From Candidatus Aenigmatarchaeota archaeon (lineage in GTDB: Archaea > Aenigmatarchaeota > Aenigmatarchaeia > QMZP01 > QMZT01), in assembly GCA_026397315.1 (NCBI GenBank), contig JAPLVC010000004.1, positions 32,001 through 96,000 of the forward strand: a DNA stretch of 64,000 bases, in the 5' to 3' direction. The position numbers and the translations under genes were made by a program. The notes beneath the pieces were generated by a model. The model did no database searches. It saw only the letters and a list, made by a program, of their open reading frames with translations, and had not been told where the DNA came from. Positions 44,811 through 55,196 of this stretch are shown here, piece by piece (positions within the stretch are counted from its first letter, which is position 1; the number at the start of each line of letters is the position of its first letter).

Positions 44811-46070
44811 ATGGACTTCGACAAGGACTTCGACATTGAGCTCTCGGATTTCAATATCAAGAAGCGCGACCTCTCGTTCCGTTACTGGATTTTCGAATAC
44901 GGAGGCAGCGTCGAGGGCTGCGGCATAAGCGATGGAGTGGCTTACTTCGGCTCCTGCGATTATTTCATATACGCCGTGGACGCGGAAACAGGGAAGCTGA
45001 TATGGAAATTCAGGACAGGCGATTGCGTCCCCAATTACGCGCCGGCGTTTTATGGCGACAACTTGTATCTGAGTTCTTATGATAGTTATCTCTACTGCCT
45101 TAACAAGAAAACGGGCAGCGAAGTGTGGAGATTCAAAGCAGGCGACAAATGCTGGTCGCCGCCAACCTGCTATGATGGCATAATTTACTTCGGCTCCAAG
45201 GATAGTTACGTTTACGCAGTTGACGCAAAGAGCGGCCGCGAGGTATGGCGCTTCAAGACGGGCGACATGGCAATCACCACGCCGACAGCTTACAGAGACA
45301 AGCTCGTCATCGGCAGTTACGACGGCTTTCTTTACGTGCTTGACAGGAAAACCGGGAAGGAAACCGGCAGGTTCAAGACGGCCGGGAACATAGTAAACAT
45401 GATCGAATTCGCCATCGACAAGAACATGATTTACTTCGGCTCGTTCGACAACAACATGTACGCCCTGAATCTCGACACGCTAAAAGAAGTGTGGAGGTTC
45501 AAAGCCGGATATGGCATCACGTGCGTCCCGCTCGTTGAGAACAAAAAATTATATTTCGGCAGCCAGGATCACAACTTGTATTGCCTCGATGCGGAAACCG
45601 GCAAGGAAATATGGAGATTCAGGGCGGGCGACAGGATAGGCTCCTCAACATCCGCGATTATAGAAGGAAAAATATATTTTGGCTCCAAAGACCACAATTT
45701 CTACTGCCTGGATTCTGAAACAGGCGAGGAGATCTGGCGTTTCAGGGCCATGAACGAGATCTGGTCGCCTGTGACAGTTTACAAGAAGAGCGTGGTCTTC
45801 GGTTCCATCGATTGCCATCTTTATAGGCTTGACGCAAAAACAGGAAAGAAAATATGGGCTTTCCTGACGAGCACAAAAACAGTTGCCACTTACAAAGTCT
45901 CCGAAGAGGTCTCCGCCGAGATAACGGTCAGGCAGGAAGATGCCGGCGAAAAGGACGACGAGAAATACGACCTCACGACCAGCGTTCCCATCGACCTGAA
46001 AAGCGAATACTCGTTCAAGAGCGAATATGCCTTCAAGTCCGAATACCACACCAAAAGCGAGTACGTGTAG
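44811..46070 (+). CDS. PQQ-like beta-propeller repeat protein with KSEY C-terminal repeats
   Basis: Eight YFGSxD..Y.LD..TG.E.WRF-type blades; no signal peptide. Confidence 0.88.
   Translation: MDFDKDFDIELSDFNIKKRDLSFRYWIFEYGGSVEGCGISDGVAYFGSCDYFIYAVDAETGKLIWKFRTGDCVPNYAPAFYGDNLYLSSYDSYLYCLNKKTGSEVWRFKAGDKCWSPPTCYDGIIYFGSKDSYVYAVDAKSGREVWRFKTGDMAITTPTAYRDKLVIGSYDGFLYVLDRKTGKETGRFKTAGNIVNMIEFAIDKNMIYFGSFDNNMYALNLDTLKEVWRFKAGYGITCVPLVENKKLYFGSQDHNLYCLDAETGKEIWRFRAGDRIGSSTSAIIEGKIYFGSKDHNFYCLDSETGEEIWRFRAMNEIWSPVTVYKKSVVFGSIDCHLYRLDAKTGKKIWAFLTSTKTVATYKVSEEVSAEITVRQEDAGEKDDEKYDLTTSVPIDLKSEYSFKSEYAFKSEYHTKSEYV
45999..46070 (+). repeat. 4 x 18-bp coding repeat (KSEYxx)
   Basis: KSEYSF-KSEYAF-KSEYHT-KSEYV*. 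Confidence 0.85.
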
Positions 46071-46086
46071 CTTGTTTTTCAGTTTC

Positions 46087-47220
46087 TCAGATGTGTTTCG
46101 TTGCCTTGGCGGCGATGTAGGTTACGGCCATCACCAGCGGGAAAACGTAGAGCGCGGTGAACGTGCCCAAGCCGAGAGTTATGAAAATTAGCGGTACCTG
46201 CGCTCCCACGATTGTCGCGAGGTCGTTGCTCCAGCCCATCGTGCCGATGACCTTGCCCTTCTCCTCGACTGCGAACGTTTCGCTTATTCTGGAATACATC
46301 CATACATCGATGAAACCGCCTGCAATGCCGATGAGCATCGCTGCAAGATAATACATCGGAAGCGAATTCGCCATGACCATCGTCGTCGCGGCGAGCAGGT
46401 GGAAGGCGATGCATGCGGGCACCCAGTATCGTCTCAGCTTCCTGTTGGATATCCTGCCAATCACCAGGTTGCTCAGGGCGAACAGCACGACTTCCGCCAC
46501 GACGATCAATGACACCGTGCTTCTAGAAAGGCCGAGCGTCTGCAGCGCGTAGCGCGCGAAAAAGAAGACGAACGCCGAGAACATGGCGATGTCCATGGTC
46601 TTGAAAATTATGTATGCGGGAATCTTTTTCATGTACGAGAATGATGGTTTTGCGGAGGCGTGACCATCGTACTTCTTCGCGAACCTGAACATCAGCAGCA
46701 CCCATATCACGCCGACCGCGAATATCAGGTAGAACGCCGGCTGTATGCCGAACGTGTCGATGAAGAAGCCCGGTATTAAAAGGCCCGCGATCCAGCCGAG
46801 ATTGCTCAGCCCGCCATATGTGCCGACCTTTTTATCCGGATTGTCCTTGACCTTTCTCAGCGAGTAAATTATTATCGTCACGAACATGAGCGCGCTCGCC
46901 ACGCCGCCGATTATCTTCAACGACGTGATCGCCAGCAAATCCGACGTCTGTCCTATGAGGAACAGGCACACGAACGAGATGACGCCTGCTATCATCATGT
47001 ATTTCCTTTCGCCGTGCTTGTCCGTCAGATGCCCTAGCACGGGCTTGAGAATGAAAGAAAACACGTCGCCTATCGACAGCAGGAAGGCGAACATCGCTAT
47101 CGAGATGTTCAGCGAAGAAAAATACATGGTCGGTATGAGCATGGCGAATGCCATGAACAGCGTCTGGAAAAAGCCGAACATTGCCCCCGAAAAAAGTCTC
47201 GCCCTGGAATCATCAGCCAT
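46087..47220 (-). CDS. MFS transporter
   Basis: About 12 TM; motif A GHLTDKHGER. Confidence 0.88.
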   Translation of the reverse strand: MADDSRARLFSGAMFGFFQTLFMAFAMLIPTMYFSSLNISIAMFAFLLSIGDVFSFILKPVLGHLTDKHGERKYMMIAGVISFVCLFLIGQTSDLLAITSLKIIGGVASALMFVTIIIYSLRKVKDNPDKKVGTYGGLSNLGWIAGLLIPGFFIDTFGIQPAFYLIFAVGVIWVLLMFRFAKKYDGHASAKPSFSYMKKIPAYIIFKTMDIAMFSAFVFFFARYALQTLGLSRSTVSLIVVAEVVLFALSNLVIGRISNRKLRRYWVPACIAFHLLAATTMVMANSLPMYYLAAMLIGIAGGFIDVWMYSRISETFAVEEKGKVIGTMGWSNDLATIVGAQVPLIFITLGLGTFTALYVFPLVMAVTYIAAKATKHI

Positions 47221-47301
47221 TTACGACACCAAAACCCTTTTCAACATCTTTGTGGAAATTACATATAAGCTTTTTTTGCGGCGACTCACGAATGAGTAAC
47301 T

Positions 47302-48201
47302 TCATCTCGGTTTTTTCCTCTTGCCGTTGCCGTTATTTTTCATTTTCTTGCGCAGCTTTTCCATAAAAGACGCGTTTTCCCCGCTCGTCAAAGCTCTCGC
47401 CGCGCCTATCGCGGTCGCGAATTCCGCGTGCTCCGGGACGACCGCCCGTCCTCCGAACGTCCGCACGGCTTCCTGCAGCTTTTTCATGAGAGTCTTGTTC
47501 CTCGTGACCTTGCCTATGAAAACTATATCCTTTTCAAGGCCGTGGTTCTTCGCGGCGAATACGGAAAGCGTCCCGACTATCTCCCCGACCATGTGTATCA
47601 GGCCGAGCGCTATGTCGTTTTCGCTGGTCTCGTCGCAGAGCTTGCCGAAATTTGCGGCAGTCGCGTCCGCAGAAAGCTCGCCTATGCCCCTGCCGACGAT
47701 GTCCTTCACGGTCAGGTTTATTTTCTTAAGGCTGCCCTTGCTCGCGAGGATCTCGAGGTTGTTTATGTCCTCCTTGTTGAGAAGCAGTTTGAAAAGGCCT
47801 TTCAGCGTTCCGCCGCCAACGCCTGTTCCGCCGGCGTGCTTTATGACCTTGCCGCCTTCGGTGACCGCGACCATCGCCGTACCTGTTCCGATGCTCACGA
47901 CGAAGCATCTTTTCTTGCCCGTCAGCACCATGCCGCCCAGCCCGATTGCCTTAATCTCCTCGACCTTCCTGACAGGGATGCCCAGCAGCGAACTGTTGAG
48001 CTTGACGGCCCCGCCGCCAGTCGCGGCGACGGCCGTGATCCGGTCTATCTTCATCCTGTTCTCGGTGATTATCTTGCCCAGGCAGCCAGACGCGGAAGCG
48101 ACCGCGTCGCTCGCGTGTATGGCGGTGAAATTGCTGGTTTTGCCGTTTCTCAGAAGCACGCCCTGCGTCGTCGAGCCGCCTATGTCTATGCCTATAATCA
48201 T
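47302..48201 (-). CDS. Type II (CoaW/Fumble-like) pantothenate kinase
   Basis: GIDIGGST, ATGGGA, E..A...G, SIGTGT, GGTGVGGGT..GL, TAANFGK. Confidence 0.85.
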   Translation of the reverse strand: MIIGIDIGGSTTQGVLLRNGKTSNFTAIHASDAVASASGCLGKIITENRMKIDRITAVAATGGGAVKLNSSLLGIPVRKVEEIKAIGLGGMVLTGKKRCFVVSIGTGTAMVAVTEGGKVIKHAGGTGVGGGTLKGLFKLLLNKEDINNLEILASKGSLKKINLTVKDIVGRGIGELSADATAANFGKLCDETSENDIALGLIHMVGEIVGTLSVFAAKNHGLEKDIVFIGKVTRNKTLMKKLQEAVRTFGGRAVVPEHAEFATAIGAARALTSGENASFMEKLRKKMKNNGNGKRKKPR

Positions 48202-48276
48202 ATAGATAATTCAATGACTGGGATATAAAAACAGTTTTGAAAGCGCGGGCTCGCGCTTGATAATTTTATCAATATT

Positions 48277-48411
48277 CTACTTGCAGAAAGGGCATTGCCC
48301 CATGTTCCCAGAGCAGCTAACTGGTTTCTTCAGCTTGCCGCAGAAACTCTTCTTGCCCAGGAACCACTGGCAGGAGCTTTCTGCTCCCGGAAAGTCGTCA
48401 GCATCTACCAT
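48277..48411 (-). CDS. 44-aa Cys-rich small protein (not in ORF track)
   Basis: MVDADDFPGAESSCQWFLGKKSFCGKLKKPVSCSGNMGQCPFCK; TTTAAATA about 25 nt upstream of the ATG. Confidence 0.6.
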   Translation of the reverse strand: MVDADDFPGAESSCQWFLGKKSFCGKLKKPVSCSGNMGQCPFCK

Positions 48412-48562
48412 GTTTAAACATTGGTATTCAATATTTAAAAGTTCACTACTCACAAGTTACTCATTTATGAGTTGGTAAATGACGCCTGCCTGAGGGGGAT
48501 GACCGCGTTGCTCGCGTGCATCGAAAGCTTTATATATTTAATCACTAATTAATAGTAACATA

Positions 48563-49279
48563 ATGTGTTTTGGAGGTATGCTTATGAATGGCGAAATTCG
48601 CGAAATAGGCGGAATGAACGTTGTCATTGACCCGAGCGTAATTGATGCTGATGGAAAAATAGGCATGTATACGACAGGCACGGCAGCAACCGGTCGTCTG
48701 ATAAAAAACGTGAGAATAAGGCCGAAAAAAGTTTTCATCTCATCTCACGGCGATCTGGAAATACAAGACCAAAATCTCGGCACTAGGAAATTCAGAAAGC
48801 TTTTGAATTATTTGGGCCAAAACACGAATGGCTTTTCTGCATACGGAACGCATGATGGGGGAGAAATGGTTTGTGAACTGCCCATGGAAGACAATAATAC
48901 CGCTAAAATCAGGATATCCCTCGAGAACCTCGGAAAAAGGAGAAAGGGTCTTCCGGGCCTTTTTGGAATAAAGAGGACGTACGGCGATGTTCAGGTCTCT
49001 TCTGAGAAACCTTATTCGGCGCATATTAACAATAATCTCACAGGCAAACCGTTAGGAGAAGGCGGCGATTGGCCAGGCACGGGCAGAAGTACCACGGAAA
49101 TTGATCCCGTCCTTTACATTTCCGAACATCCGGAGATAAGAAGGAGAAGGGAAACAGCACATGGCATTGCAGATAATGGCTACAATGCTGTTGGCCAATA
49201 TCTTCCCAAACCAAAGAGAAATGTGATGGGAGCCGTAACAAATTACGACATACTCTCAAATGGTTTCAGGGGCATTTAG
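48563..49279 (+). CDS. Hypothetical protein (AT-rich singleton)
   Basis: 238-aa ORF; GGAGGT suggests a start at 48584. Confidence 0.6.
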   Translation: MCFGGMLMNGEIREIGGMNVVIDPSVIDADGKIGMYTTGTAATGRLIKNVRIRPKKVFISSHGDLEIQDQNLGTRKFRKLLNYLGQNTNGFSAYGTHDGGEMVCELPMEDNNTAKIRISLENLGKRRKGLPGLFGIKRTYGDVQVSSEKPYSAHINNNLTGKPLGEGGDWPGTGRSTTEIDPVLYISEHPEIRRRRETAHGIADNGYNAVGQYLPKPKRNVMGAVTNYDILSNGFRGI

Positions 49280-49358
49280 GATTTTGCAGCCCCTCGTTTT
49301 CATTTTTCATTTCATCATTTTTATGACTCAGAAATGGCTTACGGAAATGCTAGTTAAA

Positions 49359-50954
49359 TCAGATTATCGCGAATAAACCCAGCAGCGCCAGCACGACGCC
49401 GAGGAATCCCTCGCCTCCGATGAGTCCGGCTGCGATTAACTGGCCTTTCTCCGTCCATCCTTTCCTGTCGGCAACGTATCGCAGCACGCCGCCTGTGAAT
49501 AATGGGAATGATAGTTCTATGGGCACATAAAGGCCGATGCCAAACGCTATGGGTGCGATGCCTTGTTTGAAGTAAAGCGAGGCCAGCGTAAGCAGTCCGC
49601 CCGCGATTATGCCGTATACCATGAACTCCGATATGCCGCCCGCAGCGACGATGGACGAAAGCGCGACGGCCTGCGGCGCCGGGAGATTGACGCTACCCAG
49701 CTTATACATGTGGTCCAGCGCGACCAGCACTATGCCTATGACAATCCCTGATGAGAACACGCTTATGATCTGCGCTTTTATCTGGTCCTTCGGATTCGTG
49801 CCTACCAGGTGGCCCGCCTTGAGATCCTGCATGAAGTCGCCCGCCATGCCTGCGGATATGCACAGTATCGCGGCCAGCACGACCGCGACTACCGGGTCGA
49901 GCTGCACGAACAAAAGGACGATTATGAGTATGGCCATCGCGAAGACTTCCATGGGGTCGATGTTTATCTCGCCCGTTATCCTTGCGGCAATGTAGCTCAC
50001 GAGGAACGCGCCGAAAATCGACACTATCGCTATCGCGACGTTAAGCCGCAGGGCGATGCTCAGCAGCACTGCAAAAGCGATGATGGCGACGAACCACCAG
50101 CGACTGCGCTTTTCCTTCTTCCACGCGCCCTTCAGCATGGGCACGAATGCAGGCAGGCCCTTGAGCAGGAAGTAGACGACGCTAGCGCCAATTATCACGC
50201 CGATGCCGAAAGGCTTCGTCACCGTCATCATCGCGGCTATTTTGTCGGCGAACATGCCTGACGCCACGAGCGCGGGCACGAGCGCGAAATACGATACGAG
50301 CGCGCCGGCGAACCATATGGCCGTGAATTTGAGCCCGATCAAAAAGCCGCCTGAGAAAATCGCCAGGCTTATGCTCGCGCCGAAGGAGAAATATTTGGCA
50401 GCGGAAAGTTTCAGCGTGTCGAGGTTGAAGAACGAAGGAATCGCCTGGAAATAGTCGCGGACAATCGTGAACAGCCCGGCTAGGCCGAAGAACGCGAACA
50501 TTATTTTTGCCTGTTTGCCGCCTTTGTCCCCGGCTTCAAGGACTTTCGCCGTCGCCGCGCCGTCGGGATAGGGCAGTTTCAGCTTTACAATCATCTCCTC
50601 GCGCAGCGGTATGGTGAACAGCACGCCCAGAAGGCCGCCGACTATCGCGATGAACGTGACCTCTAAAATTGAGATGTCCAGGCCGAGCATCCATATGGCG
50701 GGCACGGTGAAAATTATGCCGGCCGCGAGCAGGCCGCCCGTCGATGCGGCGGTAGCAGCGACGTTGACCTCGTTCTTGTTTGTCTTGCCAAAAAGCTTTA
50801 ACAAAGCGAACGACATTATGGTCGCGGTTATGATGGGCCAGTATACGCCTCCGACCTTCAGGCCAGCGTACGCCGAATACATGCACACGACAGCCGAGAG
50901 AACCACGCCGATAAGGACGGCTTTCCACGTGAATGCCGAATTCTCTTTTGCCAT
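49359..50954 (-). CDS. OPT/YSL-family oligopeptide transporter
   Basis: YAGLKVG, E.N, IFTVPA, LPYPDG.A.A, MQDLKAG, APQA, AGLIGGEG. Confidence 0.93.
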   Translation of the reverse strand: MAKENSAFTWKAVLIGVVLSAVVCMYSAYAGLKVGGVYWPIITATIMSFALLKLFGKTNKNEVNVAATAASTGGLLAAGIIFTVPAIWMLGLDISILEVTFIAIVGGLLGVLFTIPLREEMIVKLKLPYPDGAATAKVLEAGDKGGKQAKIMFAFFGLAGLFTIVRDYFQAIPSFFNLDTLKLSAAKYFSFGASISLAIFSGGFLIGLKFTAIWFAGALVSYFALVPALVASGMFADKIAAMMTVTKPFGIGVIIGASVVYFLLKGLPAFVPMLKGAWKKEKRSRWWFVAIIAFAVLLSIALRLNVAIAIVSIFGAFLVSYIAARITGEINIDPMEVFAMAILIIVLLFVQLDPVVAVVLAAILCISAGMAGDFMQDLKAGHLVGTNPKDQIKAQIISVFSSGIVIGIVLVALDHMYKLGSVNLPAPQAVALSSIVAAGGISEFMVYGIIAGGLLTLASLYFKQGIAPIAFGIGLYVPIELSFPLFTGGVLRYVADRKGWTEKGQLIAAGLIGGEGFLGVVLALLGLFAII

Positions 50955-51075
50955 TAATTTTCAAATTGCACAAGGTCGCTTATATAATGCGCTGTGACAT
51001 TTACGCGATTTGTCGAATTTTCCGGGCGCAATGACAATATTTAAAACTTATTTTCAAGCTTTAACTCGTGCAATC

Positions 51076-51435
51076 ATGTCAAAAAATTACATCGCCAAGA
51101 CAGCCTTTTGCGCATGGCTTGGCCTGACAGCCCTCGCCAACACATCATGTAACAGCATGGAAAATTTATACGATTCCCTTCTGGGAAGAACATCACAGAC
51201 ATTTTACAGGGATGTGAATGGCGATGGTGTGCCAGATAAGACTACGATTACAAGACAAAAAATTCTGGGAATTTTTTGGAAAAGTTATCCCGACAATCCC
51301 ATTCCAAAAATCGGCGAAGAGATAAAAATCGAAACCCTGTACGGTACCAAAAACGGCAAAGGGCCTTATCTTCCGTGGGAGCAGTTCGACGAATACAAGA
51401 AAACCGGAAAGCTTCCGACCGGAACTCACGAATGA
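51076..51435 (+). CDS. Putative lipoprotein with DxNGDG loop
   Basis: Signal-like N-terminus ending LANTSC; RDVNGDGVPD. Confidence 0.6.
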   Translation: MSKNYIAKTAFCAWLGLTALANTSCNSMENLYDSLLGRTSQTFYRDVNGDGVPDKTTITRQKILGIFWKSYPDNPIPKIGEEIKIETLYGTKNGKGPYLPWEQFDEYKKTGKLPTGTHE

Positions 51436-51444
51436 AGATTGTGG

Positions 51445-51978
51445 CTATTTCTTTTCATGTTGCTTCTTCATGAAGAACTCGCACGCCGGGCATCCCAGCT
51501 CGCCCTGCTTGCAGTGCGGGCAGGCGATTTTTCCGTACACGATGGGATTTCCAGCGAACATTATTATCAGCGGCCATATTGCAAGCCCTATGACAAACAG
51601 GCTGAAGTCAGGCCAGCTCGCGTATGTCAGATACGCGCCAGCCGCCAAAGCAATTATCGTGGGCAGCATGGTCGGGATGAAGTTTTTCGCAGTCAGCTTG
51701 TTCTCGTTGAACTTCCTCTTCTCGTCCTTCTTGAAAAAAACCTTCGCTAGTTTCCCCTTGCCGCAGACGCAGCGTTTGTCGTAGTAGTAGCAGCGCACGC
51801 ATCCTCCTCTGAGCACCTGTATCTCGAGGAACGCCACGTATATGAAAAGCAGCAGCGAGAACAGCGGCAATATCATGTATGTCAGGTATAATCCGGCGGC
51901 GTATACGGAAAATGATGCGAAATAGTAAACGAGCATCATCCACACAGGATAGCTTTCAAACTTCTTGTCATTAGCCAT
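51445..51978 (-). CDS. 4-TM membrane protein with Cys clusters
   Basis: CVRCYYY..RC.CG and CPHCKQ...CPAC. Confidence 0.75.
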   Translation of the reverse strand: MANDKKFESYPVWMMLVYYFASFSVYAAGLYLTYMILPLFSLLLFIYVAFLEIQVLRGGCVRCYYYDKRCVCGKGKLAKVFFKKDEKRKFNENKLTAKNFIPTMLPTIIALAAGAYLTYASWPDFSLFVIGLAIWPLIIMFAGNPIVYGKIACPHCKQGELGCPACEFFMKKQHEKK

Positions 51979-51989
51979 AGCAAACCACC

Positions 51990-52259
51990 TCATTTTCTGA
52001 AGACTTTCTTCAACCACAATTTTTTGAAGAATGGAAGCGTCAGTGTCGACAGCATGAAAGCGACCGCTGGAACGATTGCGTTGAGCCAAGGATAAGGGAT
52101 GGCGATGGCCTGCATGTAAAAGCCGATTGCCATGTAAGTGAATAAGACAAGAAGACCGCGTCGCGTATAACTAGTCTCCCATGCCTTGTCTGCCTCGACG
52201 CGCACATTTCTTTCCTCTATACTTATTATCCGTTCTTCGAGTTTGTCTGAATCTGCCAT
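51990..52259 (-). CDS. Conserved small membrane protein
   Basis: RN.RVE.DKAWETS.TRR plus 2 TM. Confidence 0.75.
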   Translation of the reverse strand: MADSDKLEERIISIEERNVRVEADKAWETSYTRRGLLVLFTYMAIGFYMQAIAIPYPWLNAIVPAVAFMLSTLTLPFFKKLWLKKVFRK

Positions 52260-52274
52260 TTACATATACCTCGT

Positions 52275-53513
52275 TCAGTAAACCGGGAAATGCCTGCAGA
52301 GTTCCTTTACCTCTTCCCTGACCTTCGCTAGCGCCATGTCGTCCTTGTGGTTGTTTATTGCCTTGTTGATGAGGTCTGCGACGTGCTTCATCTCGCCTTC
52401 CTTCATGCCGCGCGTCGTTATTGTCGGGGTTCCAAGACGGATGCCGCTCGGGTCGAATGGGGAGCGCGTGTCGTAAGGGACCGTGTTCTTGTTCACGGTT
52501 ATGCCCGCCTTGTCGAGCGAGGTTTCCGCTTCTCCACCACTCAGGCCCTTTTGCGTCAGGTCAATCAGTATTAGATGGTTGTCCGTGCCTCCAGATACGA
52601 GAGCGAAGCCGTGCGCCATTAGCGCGTCTGCTAGCGCCTTCGCGTTTTTGACAATTTGGTGGGCGTATTCCCTGAACTCGGGTTTCGCAGCCTCTCTGAA
52701 CGCGACCGCTTTTGCCGCAATCGCGTGCTCGTGAGGACCGCCCTGCATGCCGGGGAAGACGGCCTTGTCAATATCTTTTGCGAAGCGCTCTTTGCACATA
52801 ATTATAGCGCCTCGCGGGCCGCGCAGCGTCTTGTGCGTCGTCGTCGTGACGACGTCGGTGAACGGGAAAGGCGACGGGTGAACGCCTCCGACGATGAGCC
52901 CTGCGATGTGCGCGATGTCCGCCATCGATATCGCTCCGCATTCCTGCGCAATCTCGGCGAATGCTTTGAAATCGATTTTCCGAGGATAAGCCGTAGCTCC
53001 GGACAAAAGGATTTTCGGTTTTTCCTGAAGAGCAATTTTTCTCACTTCATCATAATCTATGAGATGCGTCTTGGGGTCGACGCCGTACTGCGCGATCTTG
53101 TAGGCGCGGCCTGAAAAATTGACCTTGTGGCCGTGCGTGAGGTGGCCGCCCTGCGACAGGTTCATGCCCATCAGCGTGTCGCCGAAATTCATCAGGGCGA
53201 AGTAGACTTCGATGTTCGCCGGCGAACCGGAATACGGCTGGACATTCACGTGCTCGCAGCCGAACAGCTTCTTCGCGCGTTCTATCGCTATATTTTCGAC
53301 AATATCGATAAACTCGTTGCCGCCGTAATAACGTCTCCCGGGATAGCCTTCGGCATACTTGTTGTTGAAGACCGAGCCCAGCGCCTGGAGGACGGCCCTG
53401 CTGGGAAAGTTCTCGGAAGGAATCAGTTCGAGACCCTCGTTTATCCTTTTCGTCTCCTGTTCGCCGAGGCCGAAAATCTCCGGGTCAGCATCCTTCAGAT
53501 TGTCCTTCCACAT
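52275..53513 (-). CDS. glyA: Serine hydroxymethyltransferase (bacterial type)
   Basis: [46 protein letters not shown]. Confidence 0.97.
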   Translation of the reverse strand: MWKDNLKDADPEIFGLGEQETKRINEGLELIPSENFPSRAVLQALGSVFNNKYAEGYPGRRYYGGNEFIDIVENIAIERAKKLFGCEHVNVQPYSGSPANIEVYFALMNFGDTLMGMNLSQGGHLTHGHKVNFSGRAYKIAQYGVDPKTHLIDYDEVRKIALQEKPKILLSGATAYPRKIDFKAFAEIAQECGAISMADIAHIAGLIVGGVHPSPFPFTDVVTTTTHKTLRGPRGAIIMCKERFAKDIDKAVFPGMQGGPHEHAIAAKAVAFREAAKPEFREYAHQIVKNAKALADALMAHGFALVSGGTDNHLILIDLTQKGLSGGEAETSLDKAGITVNKNTVPYDTRSPFDPSGIRLGTPTITTRGMKEGEMKHVADLINKAINNHKDDMALAKVREEVKELCRHFPVY

Positions 53514-53544
53514 AAAATCACCATTCCCATTGCATGCGCTAGCT

Positions 53545-55068
53545 CTATCTCGACGGCCCTTCGTCCATGTCGACCTTTATGTATTTCGCCAGCATCGGAT
53601 GCACGCGCTTCACTTCCTTGTAAAGCTCCCACGCCACGCGCCTGTATGAGATATGCCCTTCCTTGGACGAGCGCAACTTGATGAAATGGTAAAGCTCGCG
53701 CAGGTTCCACGTGAACAGAGTTCTCTTTCGGAATGCGAGCGGCACGACGTATTGCGCCTCGTGGGGGAAGCGCTCCGCAATCTTCTCGTAGGCCTGCTTC
53801 GCGTGCTCCATGGCAGCGCGGAACTGCTTTTCGAAGCCCGCGTCGATTATTTCCTGGGGAATGTCATAGCCGTTCGCCGTCGTCAGCGACTGATTGGTTT
53901 GCGTGCATATCCTGTGTCGCTGGATGTCGCGGAACGCGCCGTAATCGACGAGTATGTCGAAAGTGTAGTAAGCATGCTCCAGTTCGCGCAGAGGCGAGTC
54001 ATGCCTTCCCATGCGTTTCATGGACTCGTCGAATACCCGTTCCTTTTCAGCGGCGTCCATTTTCTTGACCCGCTTCAGCACGTACGCGTAAGGCTCGTGC
54101 GAATATTTGTAAATCATGGAGGCGATGATTTTGTTCTCCGCGTCCTGGTCGTATTCGACCAGCGTCACGCTTTTCTGGTCGTGCGTTTCGTCGCTTTTGC
54201 CGTGCCCGCTCACAAGCTCTTCCATGGACCTGTCGGTCTCGCGGATGTAATGGTTCGCGTCCGCGTATTTGATAAGCGTGGGAATTATTTTAAGCACTTC
54301 GGATTTCATGTCCGTGCCGATTTTGTTCATCTCGGACAGCGGATGGGACATGAGTTTAGTCAGCATGCGCTCCAGCGTGCGCGCGTTGACAGTGATGGAC
54401 ATGTTGGTGAGAGTCGATGCAGGAAGGACGTAGCGCACTGCGTCGCACGCCCTTGCTTTCGTGATGCCCTCATACTGTTTCTCGTTCATTCCCATCGGTC
54501 GCGGGAAGCGCTGTTCCATATGTTTCAGCATGTGCGGCATTATTTCCAGGTAAGTATCAAACAGCGAGCTGCACGTTTTCGAGTATAGCTCGGCGAATTC
54601 CGATTCCATGAGATTCGCCGGCTTGTAGAACTTGTCGCGGTCGAATATCTGGTAGCGGGTCGATTTCTCCGTGTAGGAAGCGAGTCTTGAATCTTCGATT
54701 GCTTTCGTCGCGAGTATCGAAACGTTCTCGGCAGCGATGCTCGCTATCGCGTGCTCAGCTACGGACGAATGGCCGTAGCCCACGACCCACTGCTCGTGGA
54801 ACTTGCGCGCCTTCTCCTTAGCCTGCGCATAGTCTATGCCTTTTTCGGAATAGACATTCACGACCTCGCCCATGTCGATGTCCTTGCTCTTTATCAGTTT
54901 CAGCAGGTTGTCGCGGAAGCTCGCCGGGCTGCGCGACACGTAAGCGAAAAGCACGGCGACGACCTCGGGCGGGAGGTTATATATTACATAGATATCCTTG
55001 TCTATGCTTGTCACATGGTTGTTCAGAATCGCCTCGTCTTCCTTTGAAAAATTTGATTTGCCTTCCAT
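53545..55068 (-). CDS. thyX: FAD-dependent thymidylate synthase, tandem-domain (507 aa)
   Basis: [24 protein letters not shown] in domain 1; DIQRHR, AQYVVP, N.RELYHF.LRS in domain 2. Confidence 0.9.
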   Translation of the reverse strand: MEGKSNFSKEDEAILNNHVTSIDKDIYVIYNLPPEVVAVLFAYVSRSPASFRDNLLKLIKSKDIDMGEVVNVYSEKGIDYAQAKEKARKFHEQWVVGYGHSSVAEHAIASIAAENVSILATKAIEDSRLASYTEKSTRYQIFDRDKFYKPANLMESEFAELYSKTCSSLFDTYLEIMPHMLKHMEQRFPRPMGMNEKQYEGITKARACDAVRYVLPASTLTNMSITVNARTLERMLTKLMSHPLSEMNKIGTDMKSEVLKIIPTLIKYADANHYIRETDRSMEELVSGHGKSDETHDQKSVTLVEYDQDAENKIIASMIYKYSHEPYAYVLKRVKKMDAAEKERVFDESMKRMGRHDSPLRELEHAYYTFDILVDYGAFRDIQRHRICTQTNQSLTTANGYDIPQEIIDAGFEKQFRAAMEHAKQAYEKIAERFPHEAQYVVPLAFRKRTLFTWNLRELYHFIKLRSSKEGHISYRRVAWELYKEVKRVHPMLAKYIKVDMDEGPSR

Positions 55069-55196
55069 TCTGCAAAACCCCTGCCAAACCCCGATGAAAA
55101 GATTATCCGTTCAAATTTTATAAGCGTTTTCGCTAGCTGTGCCGTTACCAGTGACAAGTAAGTAATTTAAAATTAACAAATAAGATATGACTGATT

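Noticed and set aside
48476-48495. AATGACGCCTGC resembles the 3' end of a fluoride riboswitch
   Set aside because: The required upstream GAUGG-GU pseudoknot partner is absent.
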